Shown piece by piece: positions 1 through 9,128 of a stretch of 64,000 nt of DNA (the stretch's first letter is position 1; each line of letters starts with the position of its first letter). The DNA is from Thermoproteota archaeon (GTDB lineage: Archaea > Korarchaeota > Korarchaeia > Korarchaeales > JAOZGB01), in contig JAVCBU010000011.1 of the NCBI GenBank assembly GCA_037917685.1, positions 32,001 through 96,000 on the forward strand, written 5' to 3'. Under the pieces are notes generated by a model. It saw only the letters and a program-made list of their open reading frames with translations. It was not told where the DNA came from and did no database searches. The position numbers were made by a program, and so were the translations under genes.

Positions 1-15
1 CCATACCTTGGTAAA

Positions 16-981
16 TCATCCCCGATTATTGGATGCCTTTCCAAGTAGGAAATATAGAATACTCCATGTAGCTATGTGATAAATACTTGGATGAAAGCTT
101 GGGAATGTTTCTATGTTATACACCCTAGCCCCCTCCCCAGCCTTCATCAAGGTTTGGAGCAGCTGCCATGTTGAGATTCCAAGAGGCTCGTCCAAACCCT
201 CTGACATAGACAGATCAAGAACGTCAAAGTCCACATTAACCATGAAGGTGTCAGTTCCATCTTTCACCCGCTCCAACGCCTCCTCTAAAACATTCTTATA
301 GCCCTTATTAACTATGTCCCTGTACGTGTATATCTTGGATCCATGCTTCCTGTACCATTCTATCTGGCTTTTCATGTTCCTCGGGCCTCTAAGCCCTATC
401 AGTATGAAATTCCTCATGTCCAGGTTCTTCAGCTCTGAAGCTCTCCTCACCCAGCATGCCAAGCTATATTTTGTACCGGAGTGCTCATGGAGATTATCGC
501 CGTGAGCGTCGAGATGTAGAACTCCTATCTTCCCCTGGGAAGAGAGTGATTCTGCAGCTGCAAATGGGTGTCCCGTAACTACAATAGGGGCGCAGCCGGC
601 TGAAAGTACCTTTTCGACTTTTTCCCTATTCTTTCTGATTGCATATAGGTAGTCATCATCTGATGAGACTGGTGATAATAACTTTATGTCTCCTAAATCT
701 CCGAGCCTCACTTTTTCCAGGACGTCGATGTCGTATTCTGGCAGATAGCTTCCATATTTCAGGGAGTGAACCCTTAGGTTGTGAGTATGAAGAATTGAAG
801 GCTTCAATGATCTTCCGGCAGGGGGAGTCGTCCTCTGCAAGGGTACACCTATTATTACTGCGTCGTACCCGTCTAAGTCCTCTTCTGAGATGCTTGGAAC
901 CCCCAGGAATGTTGGAGTTCCAGGGTGGATTGTGGGAACCTTGAAGACTGTGAACTCTTCCATTGACTTTCTAGGTTTCAA
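16..981 (-). CDS. Ureohydrolase (arginase/agmatinase family), divergent
   Basis: N-terminal 'TFLGVP', metal motifs LDAHGD and VDFDVLD, 'IGLRG'. The GGDH and HGT motifs are altered. Alternative ATG start at 963. Confidence 0.85.
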   Translation of the reverse strand: MKPRKSMEEFTVFKVPTIHPGTPTFLGVPSISEEDLDGYDAVIIGVPLQRTTPPAGRSLKPSILHTHNLRVHSLKYGSYLPEYDIDVLEKVRLGDLGDIKLLSPVSSDDDYLYAIRKNREKVEKVLSAGCAPIVVTGHPFAAAESLSSQGKIGVLHLDAHGDNLHEHSGTKYSLACWVRRASELKNLDMRNFILIGLRGPRNMKSQIEWYRKHGSKIYTYRDIVNKGYKNVLEEALERVKDGTDTFMVNVDFDVLDLSMSEGLDEPLGISTWQLLQTLMKAGEGARVYNIETFPSFHPSIYHIATWSILYFLLGKASNNRG

Positions 982-993
982 CCTTGTGGCACC

Positions 994-1833
994 CTATAAA
1001 GGTAGCACACCTTTACCTGTCACTCTAAGATATATCCCAGCTATTAATAGAAGTATCGAGAACGCTAGGAACAAGTAGTCTCCAGCTGACATTTTGAATG
1101 TTTTATAGAAGGTTCTCTTAGGTACGGCTCCAAAGGCCTTTAGCTCCATCGCTATGGTCATGTCATAGGCGCTCTTTAGAGAGGTGTCTATGAGGGGGAC
1201 GAATAGTGTGATGTATTTTCTACCCTTCTCTATGATCCCTCCCTTATCCAGGGCAACCGCTCTTGACAGGTATGCCTCCTTTATTGTCCCGAAGGCTCCG
1301 ACGAATGATGGAAGGAATCTAAAGGACGAAACAACCATGTAGGGATACTTGTATGAGCCTCCAAGCCTCTGGAAGTCTTCCCCTATGCAGTTTGCAAGGT
1401 CGATCATGTCTGTGCATAGGACAAAGAACATGCTGGCCGTGACTGCTACGGCTATCCTTAGGGCCATAGCTGTCCCATAAATCAGTCCCTCAACGGTGTA
1501 GGCTCCTTTCCCACCTATGAGGGGCACCCATTTCGGTATCAAGGTGAATATAACCCTTCCCCCTTTATCGTAGAAGAAGGGCCAAGTTAGAATTATGAAG
1601 CCGAGCAAGGCTGGATATGTTACTAGAAGATACCTACCGAGGCTTTTATGCACCCTTGCCACAACTGCGAGGACCCAGCTTAATAGTACTAGTGGAATTG
1701 TATAGATGTAGTGGGTCACTAGGATTGGCAGGATTATCATTACAATCCACCAGATCAGCTTGACCTTTGGATTTAGCTTGTGTATGGGGCTTTTCATCTT
1801 ACCAGATTCAAGGATTTCGAGAAGCAGGGACAA
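994..1833 (-). CDS. ecfT: ECF transporter transmembrane T component
   Basis: 'SPIHKLNPKVKL' start, hydrophobic helices, 'RFLP..EAYLSRA' and 'AMELKAF' coupling motifs; directly downstream of two EcfA ATPases. Confidence 0.9.
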   Translation of the reverse strand: MSLLLEILESGKMKSPIHKLNPKVKLIWWIVMIILPILVTHYIYTIPLVLLSWVLAVVARVHKSLGRYLLVTYPALLGFIILTWPFFYDKGGRVIFTLIPKWVPLIGGKGAYTVEGLIYGTAMALRIAVAVTASMFFVLCTDMIDLANCIGEDFQRLGGSYKYPYMVVSSFRFLPSFVGAFGTIKEAYLSRAVALDKGGIIEKGRKYITLFVPLIDTSLKSAYDMTIAMELKAFGAVPKRTFYKTFKMSAGDYLFLAFSILLLIAGIYLRVTGKGVLPL

Positions 1834-1837
1834 AATA

Positions 1838-2662
1838 TCACCTCCTACATGCCTGATATATCTTTTCAGCTAGATCTTCAACTCTAAGTGAGGGTTTTCC
1901 GCCCAGCAGGTTTCTAAGCCTGAAATCTATAAGCACGACGTCTGGAGGCTTAATATATGCTTCCCTTAGTGTTTCAATGTCGTACATTACTTGCTCAGTT
2001 GGGCCGTCGAGCAGGATACGACCGTTCTTCATAACTATTACTCGCTTTGCGAACATTGAGACGAGCTTCATGTTATGGGTCACCATTATGATTGTGTGTC
2101 CCTCCTTGTTTAGCCTATCCATGAACTCTACAAGTTTGACACACTCCTTCCAGTCCTGTCCCGTCGTGGGTTCATCTACAACAAGCACTTCAGGCTTCAT
2201 GGCAAGGATTGATGCAACAGCCAGCCTCTGTCTTAAACCCTTACCAAGCATGAAGGGTGGAGTGTCGACGTATTCTGATAGTTCAAGTTCTTCAAGGACA
2301 TGTTTAACTATTTCTTTGATCTCGTCCTCGGGGAACCCTAGGTTTCGGGGCCCGAATGCTACTTCGTCGTATACGCTGTCTGAGTATATTTGGTGATCAG
2401 GGTTTTGAAAGACATATCCTACTTTTCTAGACAGCTCGTACGTGGACGCTTTGGAGGTGTCAACCCCGTAGACGTAGACCTTCCCCCTTGTCGGCTTGAG
2501 GAGCCCATTAAAGTGTTTAACCAGTGTTGTCTTGCCTGAGCCGTTCTGCCCTATGATAGCTATGAACTCTCCACGTTTGATGGTTAAGTCTACGCCGCGA
2601 AGGGCTTCTATGCCGCCTGGGTAGACGTGCCATAATCCCTCAACCTTTATTATCTCCTCCAC
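1838..2662 (-). CDS. ecfA2: ECF transporter ATPase
   Basis: Walker A GQNGSGKT, VFQNPDHQ, DEPTTGQD, VTH. Confidence 0.93.
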   Translation of the reverse strand: MEEIIKVEGLWHVYPGGIEALRGVDLTIKRGEFIAIIGQNGSGKTTLVKHFNGLLKPTRGKVYVYGVDTSKASTYELSRKVGYVFQNPDHQIYSDSVYDEVAFGPRNLGFPEDEIKEIVKHVLEELELSEYVDTPPFMLGKGLRQRLAVASILAMKPEVLVVDEPTTGQDWKECVKLVEFMDRLNKEGHTIIMVTHNMKLVSMFAKRVIVMKNGRILLDGPTEQVMYDIETLREAYIKPPDVVLIDFRLRNLLGGKPSLRVEDLAEKIYQACRR

Positions 2663-2664
2663 TT

Positions 2665-3516
2665 CTATTCACCCCTAACTATCTCGCTGAACACATCAAC
2701 TGCTTCATCCACTGTTAGCGGAAACTTATCTATGTTAATCCCACGTTTCTTAAGCAGATATGCTATCTGAGTTGCCTGAGGAGAATCTACACCTATCCTC
2801 TTGAGCAGCTCAACGTCTGAAAGTACTTCTCTGGTTGGGCCGCTCTCTATGATTCTCCCCCCATCCATAACAATAACCCTGTCCGAGAATACTGAGAGAA
2901 GCTCTGTTTTATGTTCAACCATAACTATCGTCTTACCCTCGGCTTTGAGTTTTCTAACAGTTTTGAAAACCTCCTCTGTTCCTATAGGATCCAGCTCTGA
3001 CGTTGGCTCGTCCAGTATCATTATCTCCGGCAGCATTGCAAGCGAAGCTGCTACGGCAACTTTTTGCTTTTGCCCCCCGGACATTAGGAAGGGGTGTCTG
3101 CTCCTGAACTCTTCAAGGCCTACAACTTTAAGTGCATAGTCTATTCTCCTCCTGATCTCATCCCTCGGCAAACCAAGGTTTTCCGGGCCGAATGCTATCT
3201 CCCTCTCCACATCGGGCATTAGCAGCTGTGACTCTGGATCCTGCATGGTCATCCCCACCTTCTGGGATATCTCTGAAACCTCGTGTTCCGTTGTTTTCAT
3301 GCCGGCAGTGATGACTTCCCCTGTAAAGTCTCCCCTAAGGATGTTTGGGACAATACCAACCATTGTTAAGCATAAAGTTGTCTTCCCGGCACCCGTGGGA
3401 CCTATAATACCGAGAAATTCCCCCCTGTAAACTGTTAGGTTTATGTTTAGCAGTGAGGGTTTCTCTGCTCTCCTATACTTGAACGTTACATTTCTAATTT
3501 CTATGGCTGGCTCCAT
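2665..3516 (-). CDS. ecfA1: ECF transporter ATPase
   Basis: Walker A GPTGAGKT, QDPESQ, MSGGQKQ, LDEPTSELD. Confidence 0.93.
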   Translation of the reverse strand: MEPAIEIRNVTFKYRRAEKPSLLNINLTVYRGEFLGIIGPTGAGKTTLCLTMVGIVPNILRGDFTGEVITAGMKTTEHEVSEISQKVGMTMQDPESQLLMPDVEREIAFGPENLGLPRDEIRRRIDYALKVVGLEEFRSRHPFLMSGGQKQKVAVAASLAMLPEIMILDEPTSELDPIGTEEVFKTVRKLKAEGKTIVMVEHKTELLSVFSDRVIVMDGGRIIESGPTREVLSDVELLKRIGVDSPQATQIAYLLKKRGINIDKFPLTVDEAVDVFSEIVRGE

Positions 3517-3715
3517 TCCCCATCCTTACCCTACAACCTAATGTTGGAATATTTAAAACCCAAGCATGGGTCTGATAGATTAAAGTATATTGTTGAAATA
3601 CCACATGCAGGTATACAGTAATAATTTTTCTGTTTAACCAAGTATACTTTTATTTTACGACATTTCGCTAAAATTTATTATTAAATCGTGTAAGCCACAT
3701 ATCGGCGATGAGACG

Positions 3716-4234
3716 ATGGCAAAATTCACAACTCTAGATGTGGCACTCACAATCATAGGCGCCGTAATCTACGGGCTAGGGTGCTTCGCTACAATGGGGA
3801 TAGCAATATCATTTATGACGGTTAGGCCAGCATCATGCATAGCATGTGTATGGGGCATATTATTCGGCCCATGGGTCGGAGGACTCGCGGCCGGCATAGG
3901 GAACACGTTCATATCTGATGTCCTCGCCGGATGGCTAGGCGTCGGAGGAGTTGGAGGATTCGTTGGAAACTTCGTAATGGGCTGGATGCCAGGCCAGTTC
4001 GTGAAAGACCCTGAAGACATGGTTCAGGTCATATTCTGGTCAGGCCTCTCAGCTGTCGTCTGCGCTGTAATAGTCGCGGCATGGATATCATTCCTCGGAT
4101 ACGCCCCGTTCATGACGCTATTCATCCTTATCACCGCGAGTGACCTGACAGCCAACGTAATCGGCACGCCAATACTGATCAAACTGTTATATGAGAGGGT
4201 AAGGAGGAGAGGACTGTACTGGAGGGAACGCTAA
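3716..4234 (+). CDS. ECF transporter substrate-specific S component
   Basis: 172 aa, about 6 TM helices, 'GILFGPWVGGLAAGIGN..SD' typical of S components; divergent from ecfAAT. Confidence 0.8.
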   Translation: MAKFTTLDVALTIIGAVIYGLGCFATMGIAISFMTVRPASCIACVWGILFGPWVGGLAAGIGNTFISDVLAGWLGVGGVGGFVGNFVMGWMPGQFVKDPEDMVQVIFWSGLSAVVCAVIVAAWISFLGYAPFMTLFILITASDLTANVIGTPILIKLLYERVRRRGLYWRER

Positions 4235-4271
4235 GCAGAACTTCAAGAACCCCCATTCTTTATTTTTAACG

Positions 4272-5660
4272 TTACCCTAAACATCTATCCTCATCCCACC
4301 TGGCTATCCTGTCCCTATAGTTGAAGGGTATAAGCCTGGCTTTGCCTCTGGGCTGGAGTTCACCCCTTTCATAAATAATGCTTCCGGAGACGATCGTGTA
4401 TACAATCCTTCCTTTAAGGGTTAAACCCTCATAGGGCGTCCAGTCAGCCTTCTGGTGGAGCATGTCCAAGTCTAGCTTGTACTCGTCTTTTAGGTTGATA
4501 ATTGTTAGGTCAGCGTCTGCCCCTGGGATAATTGCCCCTTTCAACGGGTATAGGCGATATATTCTGGCAGCTCCAGTGGAGACAGCATCTACAAATCTTT
4601 TGAGGGTTAGTCTCCCCTTGAGGTATCCTTCACTTAACATTAGAGGGAGTCTGGTCTCAACGCCTGGCACTCCCGCCTCAACATTCCATATGTCGTCCCA
4701 GCACTTCTCTTTCTCCTCCCTTAGGGGTGCATAGTGGTCTGAGGTTACTATGTCTACTGTTCCATCCGCAAGAGCTTTCCACAGCATGGCCCTGTCTTCT
4801 TTTGTCCCAAGCGGTGGGTTTATCGCCAGGAAAGGCCCCATATCCTTAACGTCCTCCCGTGTGAATATAAGGTAGTGAGGGCATGTTTCAACAGTGACAC
4901 CCTTCTGTTTGGCTGCTACTATATCTGGCAGAACCCTGGCGGTTGAAAGGTGAAATATGTGCAGCCTCACGTTCATGTAGGTGGCAAGGAGTATAGCTCT
5001 TTTTACAGCTTCAACCTGAGCTATGTCAGGTCTTGCCTGCCAGTGAGCGTCGGGGTCTCTCCTTCCAGCATCAACCAGTAGTTTCTGGGCTTCTCTTCTG
5101 ATCCACTCGTCCTCAGCGTGGACCGTGGCTATTAGGTTCTTTCCTGAAAGCGTTAGGAAGGATTTGTACATGAAGCCTGTATCTACGTATGGTGTTCCGT
5201 CACAGTTTGCCATCATGTGTTTATAGGATAGGGCGCCCATCCTCGCAAGCTTTTCAACCTCCCCTATATCCCTATCTCTCCATAACACTGTGTGTAGGCA
5301 AAAGTCGCACCGGGCGAGCCTCAGGCCTACTTCTACTTTCCGCCTGAAGGCTTCAACTAGGCTTTCCCTCTCCCCTGCCCTTGCAAAGTCTGCTACTAGT
5401 GTTGTTCCTCCAGCTATGGCTGCAAGGCTTCCTGTTTTAAAGTCTCCCCTGCGGGCAACCCTGGGATGTATGTGTACGTGGCTGTCGAACCCGCCGGGTA
5501 TCACCAGAAGCCCCGTCGCGTCAATATTCTCTGCAGCCTCCCCTATCGCTGCGTTTCCGCCTATGGATACAATCTTACCGTCTTTGATGCCTATTGATGC
5601 CTTAACCACGGCACCCCCAGGGAGGTAGACGTTGCCATTTCTAACTGCGAGGTCGAACAT
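4272..5660 (-). CDS. Cyclic amidohydrolase (dihydropyrimidinase/hydantoinase/allantoinase family)
   Basis: PGGFDSHVH, AGGTT, carboxylatable Lys (SYKH), VHAED, HIFHLS, ETCPHYL, TSDH, GADAD. Confidence 0.9.
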   Translation of the reverse strand: MFDLAVRNGNVYLPGGAVVKASIGIKDGKIVSIGGNAAIGEAAENIDATGLLVIPGGFDSHVHIHPRVARRGDFKTGSLAAIAGGTTLVADFARAGERESLVEAFRRKVEVGLRLARCDFCLHTVLWRDRDIGEVEKLARMGALSYKHMMANCDGTPYVDTGFMYKSFLTLSGKNLIATVHAEDEWIRREAQKLLVDAGRRDPDAHWQARPDIAQVEAVKRAILLATYMNVRLHIFHLSTARVLPDIVAAKQKGVTVETCPHYLIFTREDVKDMGPFLAINPPLGTKEDRAMLWKALADGTVDIVTSDHYAPLREEKEKCWDDIWNVEAGVPGVETRLPLMLSEGYLKGRLTLKRFVDAVSTGAARIYRLYPLKGAIIPGADADLTIINLKDEYKLDLDMLHQKADWTPYEGLTLKGRIVYTIVSGSIIYERGELQPRGKARLIPFNYRDRIARWDEDRCLG

Positions 5661-5666
5661 AAAGCA

Positions 5667-7583
5667 TCAACCTGGAAGTTTCCCTAGGCTTTCAAGCTCA
5701 TCTGCCACGGCTTTAAGACCTAGCTGCTCGAACTTTTCCCTGGTAACCATTCCCGTCTTGGGATCCCATCCTCTAAGCTTGTAATACTCGTCCAGCATTT
5801 GGTCGAGCTCGACAACCTGACCTTTGGCTGGCCCCTCTGGTGATGGTACCTTGGTGAATCTCTCAGGGAGTCTGTCATCCTTCCTGGCCAGTCCAAGCCT
5901 CTGATTATACGCTCTCTCAAGATTGTAGATTCTCTCACCTGCAAGCCTTATGTCTTCAGCTGACACCTGGATGCCCACGGCGAGGCTGAAGCCCATTGCT
6001 ATTTCAGGGTAGTAGACCGCCCCGCTTTCAAGTGGAAGTAGGGTTCCGGTACTCTTGCACAGCAGCAGGCTATCGCATAGGGCGGCCAGTTCTTCGCAGT
6101 CTTTTACAAGGAAGGGTTTATACTTTGGGTTTAGCCTCTCTCCAAGCTCTGGCAGATACTTCCTCCCATATCTGACGATGATCTTGCTTTCCCATATACT
6201 CTCGTCTAGAATTGGAAAGGCCTTTAGGTGGTCGGCGCCCCTGGTGGCGGTGACATGGGCCAGCCCCATGGATTTCTGGGCCCTGCCGTCCTGTGCTGGA
6301 ATTTCCATCCCCTTAACCGCCATTACATATTTATCTGAGCCTCTTCCGATCTTCTTTGACGCCCTGTGGCTTCCCTCCGCAAGTAGGTTGCCGAATCCCT
6401 TTCTGTAGGCTATCATCTCTATGAGTTTGATCATTGTGTCGTAGTCTCCCCAGTAAAGCTCTAGGCCACCAGTATCCTCCCTTGTTATTATTCCCTTCTC
6501 GTAGCATTCCATAGCCCATGCTATCGTCCCACCGGTCGAGATGGTGTCCATTCCATACTCGTTGCATAGGTAATTCATGTATATTATTGCCTCGAGATCT
6601 CCCACATAACATCTTGGCCCGAGGCTTGAGATTGTCTCATATTCAGGGTTCTTATATATTCCTTTAAACTGGCCCTTTCTTATGAGAACAGGCTTCTCGC
6701 ACAGGCACAGACAGGCGTAGCATCCTCTATCCTTAATCCGATACTCAGATCTAAGCCTTTCCCCACCAATTCTCTCAACATCTGGGAACATTCCACGCTG
6801 GAAGTTCTTGACAGGCCATCTTGCAATCTCATTCATGAGTTCTGCAAGTATTGGGGTCCCATACTTTCGACGCCTCATAATGTGCGGGTCTCTTAAGTAC
6901 TCCTCTGAAAGCTTATCCACCAGCTCCTGGAACTTGTCTGGGTAGGCGACTCTCACATCCTTTGAACCTCTGACAACTATTCCCTTAACCCTCTTAGATC
7001 CGAGGACAGCTCCTATCCCCGCTCTAGCTGCGACCCTAGTGTCATGGAATATTCCGGAATATCTTACAAGGTTCTCGCCAGCCGGGCCTATAACGGCGGC
7101 CTGGCAGGACCAGTCTCCAACCTCCTCCTTTAGGGCTTTTTCAGCCTCGGATGTCTTGAGACCCCATAACCCGTTAGCGTCTCTAATCTCAACATTATCT
7201 TCATCTATGTAGATGTAGACTGGTTTTGAGGATCTACCACTGATAATTATCATGTCATACCCTGCAAGTTTAAGCTCCGGCCCTAGGAACCCGCAGCAAG
7301 AGGAGTCTCCATATACACCAGTAAGAGGCGACCTAGCCCCAACTTGGAACCTCCCGGACTGGGGCCAAGATGTGCCTGTGAATGGCCCCACTGCCAGAAT
7401 GAAGCGGTTTTCAGGGCTGAAAGGCTTAGTATCCGGGCTTGTCTCATCCCATAGGGTTTTAGCTATGAAGCCTGCTCCCCCTATGAATTTAAGAGCAGTC
7501 TCACCTGGCAAAGGCTGGGTGAAAGTTTTCATTCTGTCAAGATCGACCCTTAGGATTCTACCTGCATACGCGTAAAATTTCAT
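5667..7583 (-). CDS. aor: Aldehyde:ferredoxin oxidoreductase family (tungstopterin) enzyme, copy 1
   Basis: RSPLTG, IGPAGENLV, AARAGIGAVLGSK, CYACLCLC, PEYET, GMDTIS, RGADHL, DDRLP, MLDEYYKLRGW. Confidence 0.93.
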   Translation of the reverse strand: MKFYAYAGRILRVDLDRMKTFTQPLPGETALKFIGGAGFIAKTLWDETSPDTKPFSPENRFILAVGPFTGTSWPQSGRFQVGARSPLTGVYGDSSCCGFLGPELKLAGYDMIIISGRSSKPVYIYIDEDNVEIRDANGLWGLKTSEAEKALKEEVGDWSCQAAVIGPAGENLVRYSGIFHDTRVAARAGIGAVLGSKRVKGIVVRGSKDVRVAYPDKFQELVDKLSEEYLRDPHIMRRRKYGTPILAELMNEIARWPVKNFQRGMFPDVERIGGERLRSEYRIKDRGCYACLCLCEKPVLIRKGQFKGIYKNPEYETISSLGPRCYVGDLEAIIYMNYLCNEYGMDTISTGGTIAWAMECYEKGIITREDTGGLELYWGDYDTMIKLIEMIAYRKGFGNLLAEGSHRASKKIGRGSDKYVMAVKGMEIPAQDGRAQKSMGLAHVTATRGADHLKAFPILDESIWESKIIVRYGRKYLPELGERLNPKYKPFLVKDCEELAALCDSLLLCKSTGTLLPLESGAVYYPEIAMGFSLAVGIQVSAEDIRLAGERIYNLERAYNQRLGLARKDDRLPERFTKVPSPEGPAKGQVVELDQMLDEYYKLRGWDPKTGMVTREKFEQLGLKAVADELESLGKLPG

Positions 7584-8029
7584 GGAGATTCACCTCTTAA
7601 CATTCTTGTAAGATACTCTATTTGCTTTCTTTGCGAAACCTGGCTTGGCGTCACTATTTTTAAAGCCTGGTTTGGACATTTCTCAACGCACACTCCGCAG
7701 AGATCACAGATGTACGCGTAGCCATCCGGGTGTATGTCTATGGCTCCTATTATGCAGGCCTCGACACAAAGTCCACAGCCTATACATCTCTCCGCGATCA
7801 CCTTCACTATCTCGTCTTCTTCGATGGCGTTTACAGGGCATACCCTGGCGCATTGAGGGCTGTAGCAGTGGACGCATGCTATAGGTAGGTCTATTAGCTC
7901 CCTTGTCCTGACAACTCTGATCCTTGACTTCCTCGGGTTATAAACTTTCTCCTTCTCAAAGGAGCATACTATTTCGCAGATCCTACAGCCCGAGCATTGA
8001 AGCGGATCAGCATAAATAAACTTCTTCAT
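7580..8029 (-). CDS. Poly-[4Fe-4S] ferredoxin (AOR electron-transfer partner)
   Basis: Four Cys clusters: CSGCRICEIVC, CVHC..PQCARVCP, CIGCGLCVEAC, CDLCGVCVEKCP. Confidence 0.92.
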   Translation of the reverse strand: MKKFIYADPLQCSGCRICEIVCSFEKEKVYNPRKSRIRVVRTRELIDLPIACVHCYSPQCARVCPVNAIEEDEIVKVIAERCIGCGLCVEACIIGAIDIHPDGYAYICDLCGVCVEKCPNQALKIVTPSQVSQRKQIEYLTRMLRGESP

Positions 8030-8033
8030 AATA

Positions 8034-9125
8034 CTACACCTCCACGATCATTCTGATGGCATGTACGGGGCAAACTGAGCTGCAAAGTCCGCACCCCTCG
8101 CATCTTTCAACAATATTGGAGGCCCTGCCGTCAACCATTTCCATGGCTTGGTATGGGCAAACCTTGACACATAGCCCGCAACCCGTACACTTCTCCTGGA
8201 TCACACTTGACTTCCAGGAGCGGTAGTCAGGTTTGCCAGTAATATTTCTAGCTGCTGATCCCACAGCCTCTGAAACACTTGAATATCCTAGAGACTCCAA
8301 TTCCTGCTCGAATTCGTTTACTATACGGTCTAGCTTCTCTACGCCGTGGATCAGCGCTGCTGTAAGCACACCGAAAGCATCGGCCCCTGCCATAACCATC
8401 TCAACGGCATCTCTTCCGTTCGAAATCCCTCCTCCACCTATGATTGGATTCTTAAAGCTCCTGTATAATTCGCTTACAACCCTGAGGGCGATCGGCTTCA
8501 ACGCGGGCCCGCTTACATATCCATAACCGTACTTTGCCCCGAGCACCGGCCTCCTATTCTCTATATCAAGAAGCAGGCCAGGGCCTATAGTATTGATTCC
8601 GGATAGAACCTTACAACCTGCCTCAACAGCCGCCTTCACATGGGACATAGGGGTTAGCGGGCCCACCTTGACAGCCAATGGCACGCTGACTTTCTCAAGT
8701 GCTGCTTTGACCGTATGAGTAATCCATTTTTCACCTATGGTTGAGGGGATCGGAATCTCTATAAGGTCTGCACCCGCATCCTGAAGTATCCCGGCCATCC
8801 AGGCTGTCTTTTCAGGATCCATGTCTAGCACACTGACAAATACTGGCTTGTTGGACTCAGCCTTTAGCTGAGGAAGCTCACGGGAAATCATGTCTATTGA
8901 CGGGGCTGACCAATCATAGTTTATCAGGCCCCCGCTGAAATGGTACATGTTAGGCTTTGGTGTATCCATGGCTCTTGCTTTGACTGTTTTTATTGTTATC
9001 GCTCCGATCTTAAAGTTTAACAGTCTTTTAGCCGCCGTACAGTCTCTTGTGAGAGGTCCTGGAAAAACTACAAGGGGATATTCAAGGGTTAACCCCCTTT
9101 CTATGGTTACGGTCAGATCTACCAT
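8034..9125 (-). CDS. Dihydropyrimidine/dihydroorotate dehydrogenase-like (PreA-type) FMN protein with C-terminal 2x[4Fe-4S]
   Basis: ITIKT, VKVGP, SGINT, GYVSGPALKPIAL, IIGGGGI, MAGA, plus CTGCGLCVKVCP and CEGCGLCSSVCP. The usual ELNxSCP catalytic loop reads EIPIPS. Confidence 0.85.
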   Translation of the reverse strand: MVDLTVTIERGLTLEYPLVVFPGPLTRDCTAAKRLLNFKIGAITIKTVKARAMDTPKPNMYHFSGGLINYDWSAPSIDMISRELPQLKAESNKPVFVSVLDMDPEKTAWMAGILQDAGADLIEIPIPSTIGEKWITHTVKAALEKVSVPLAVKVGPLTPMSHVKAAVEAGCKVLSGINTIGPGLLLDIENRRPVLGAKYGYGYVSGPALKPIALRVVSELYRSFKNPIIGGGGISNGRDAVEMVMAGADAFGVLTAALIHGVEKLDRIVNEFEQELESLGYSSVSEAVGSAARNITGKPDYRSWKSSVIQEKCTGCGLCVKVCPYQAMEMVDGRASNIVERCEGCGLCSSVCPVHAIRMIVEV

Positions 9126-9128
9126 CTA

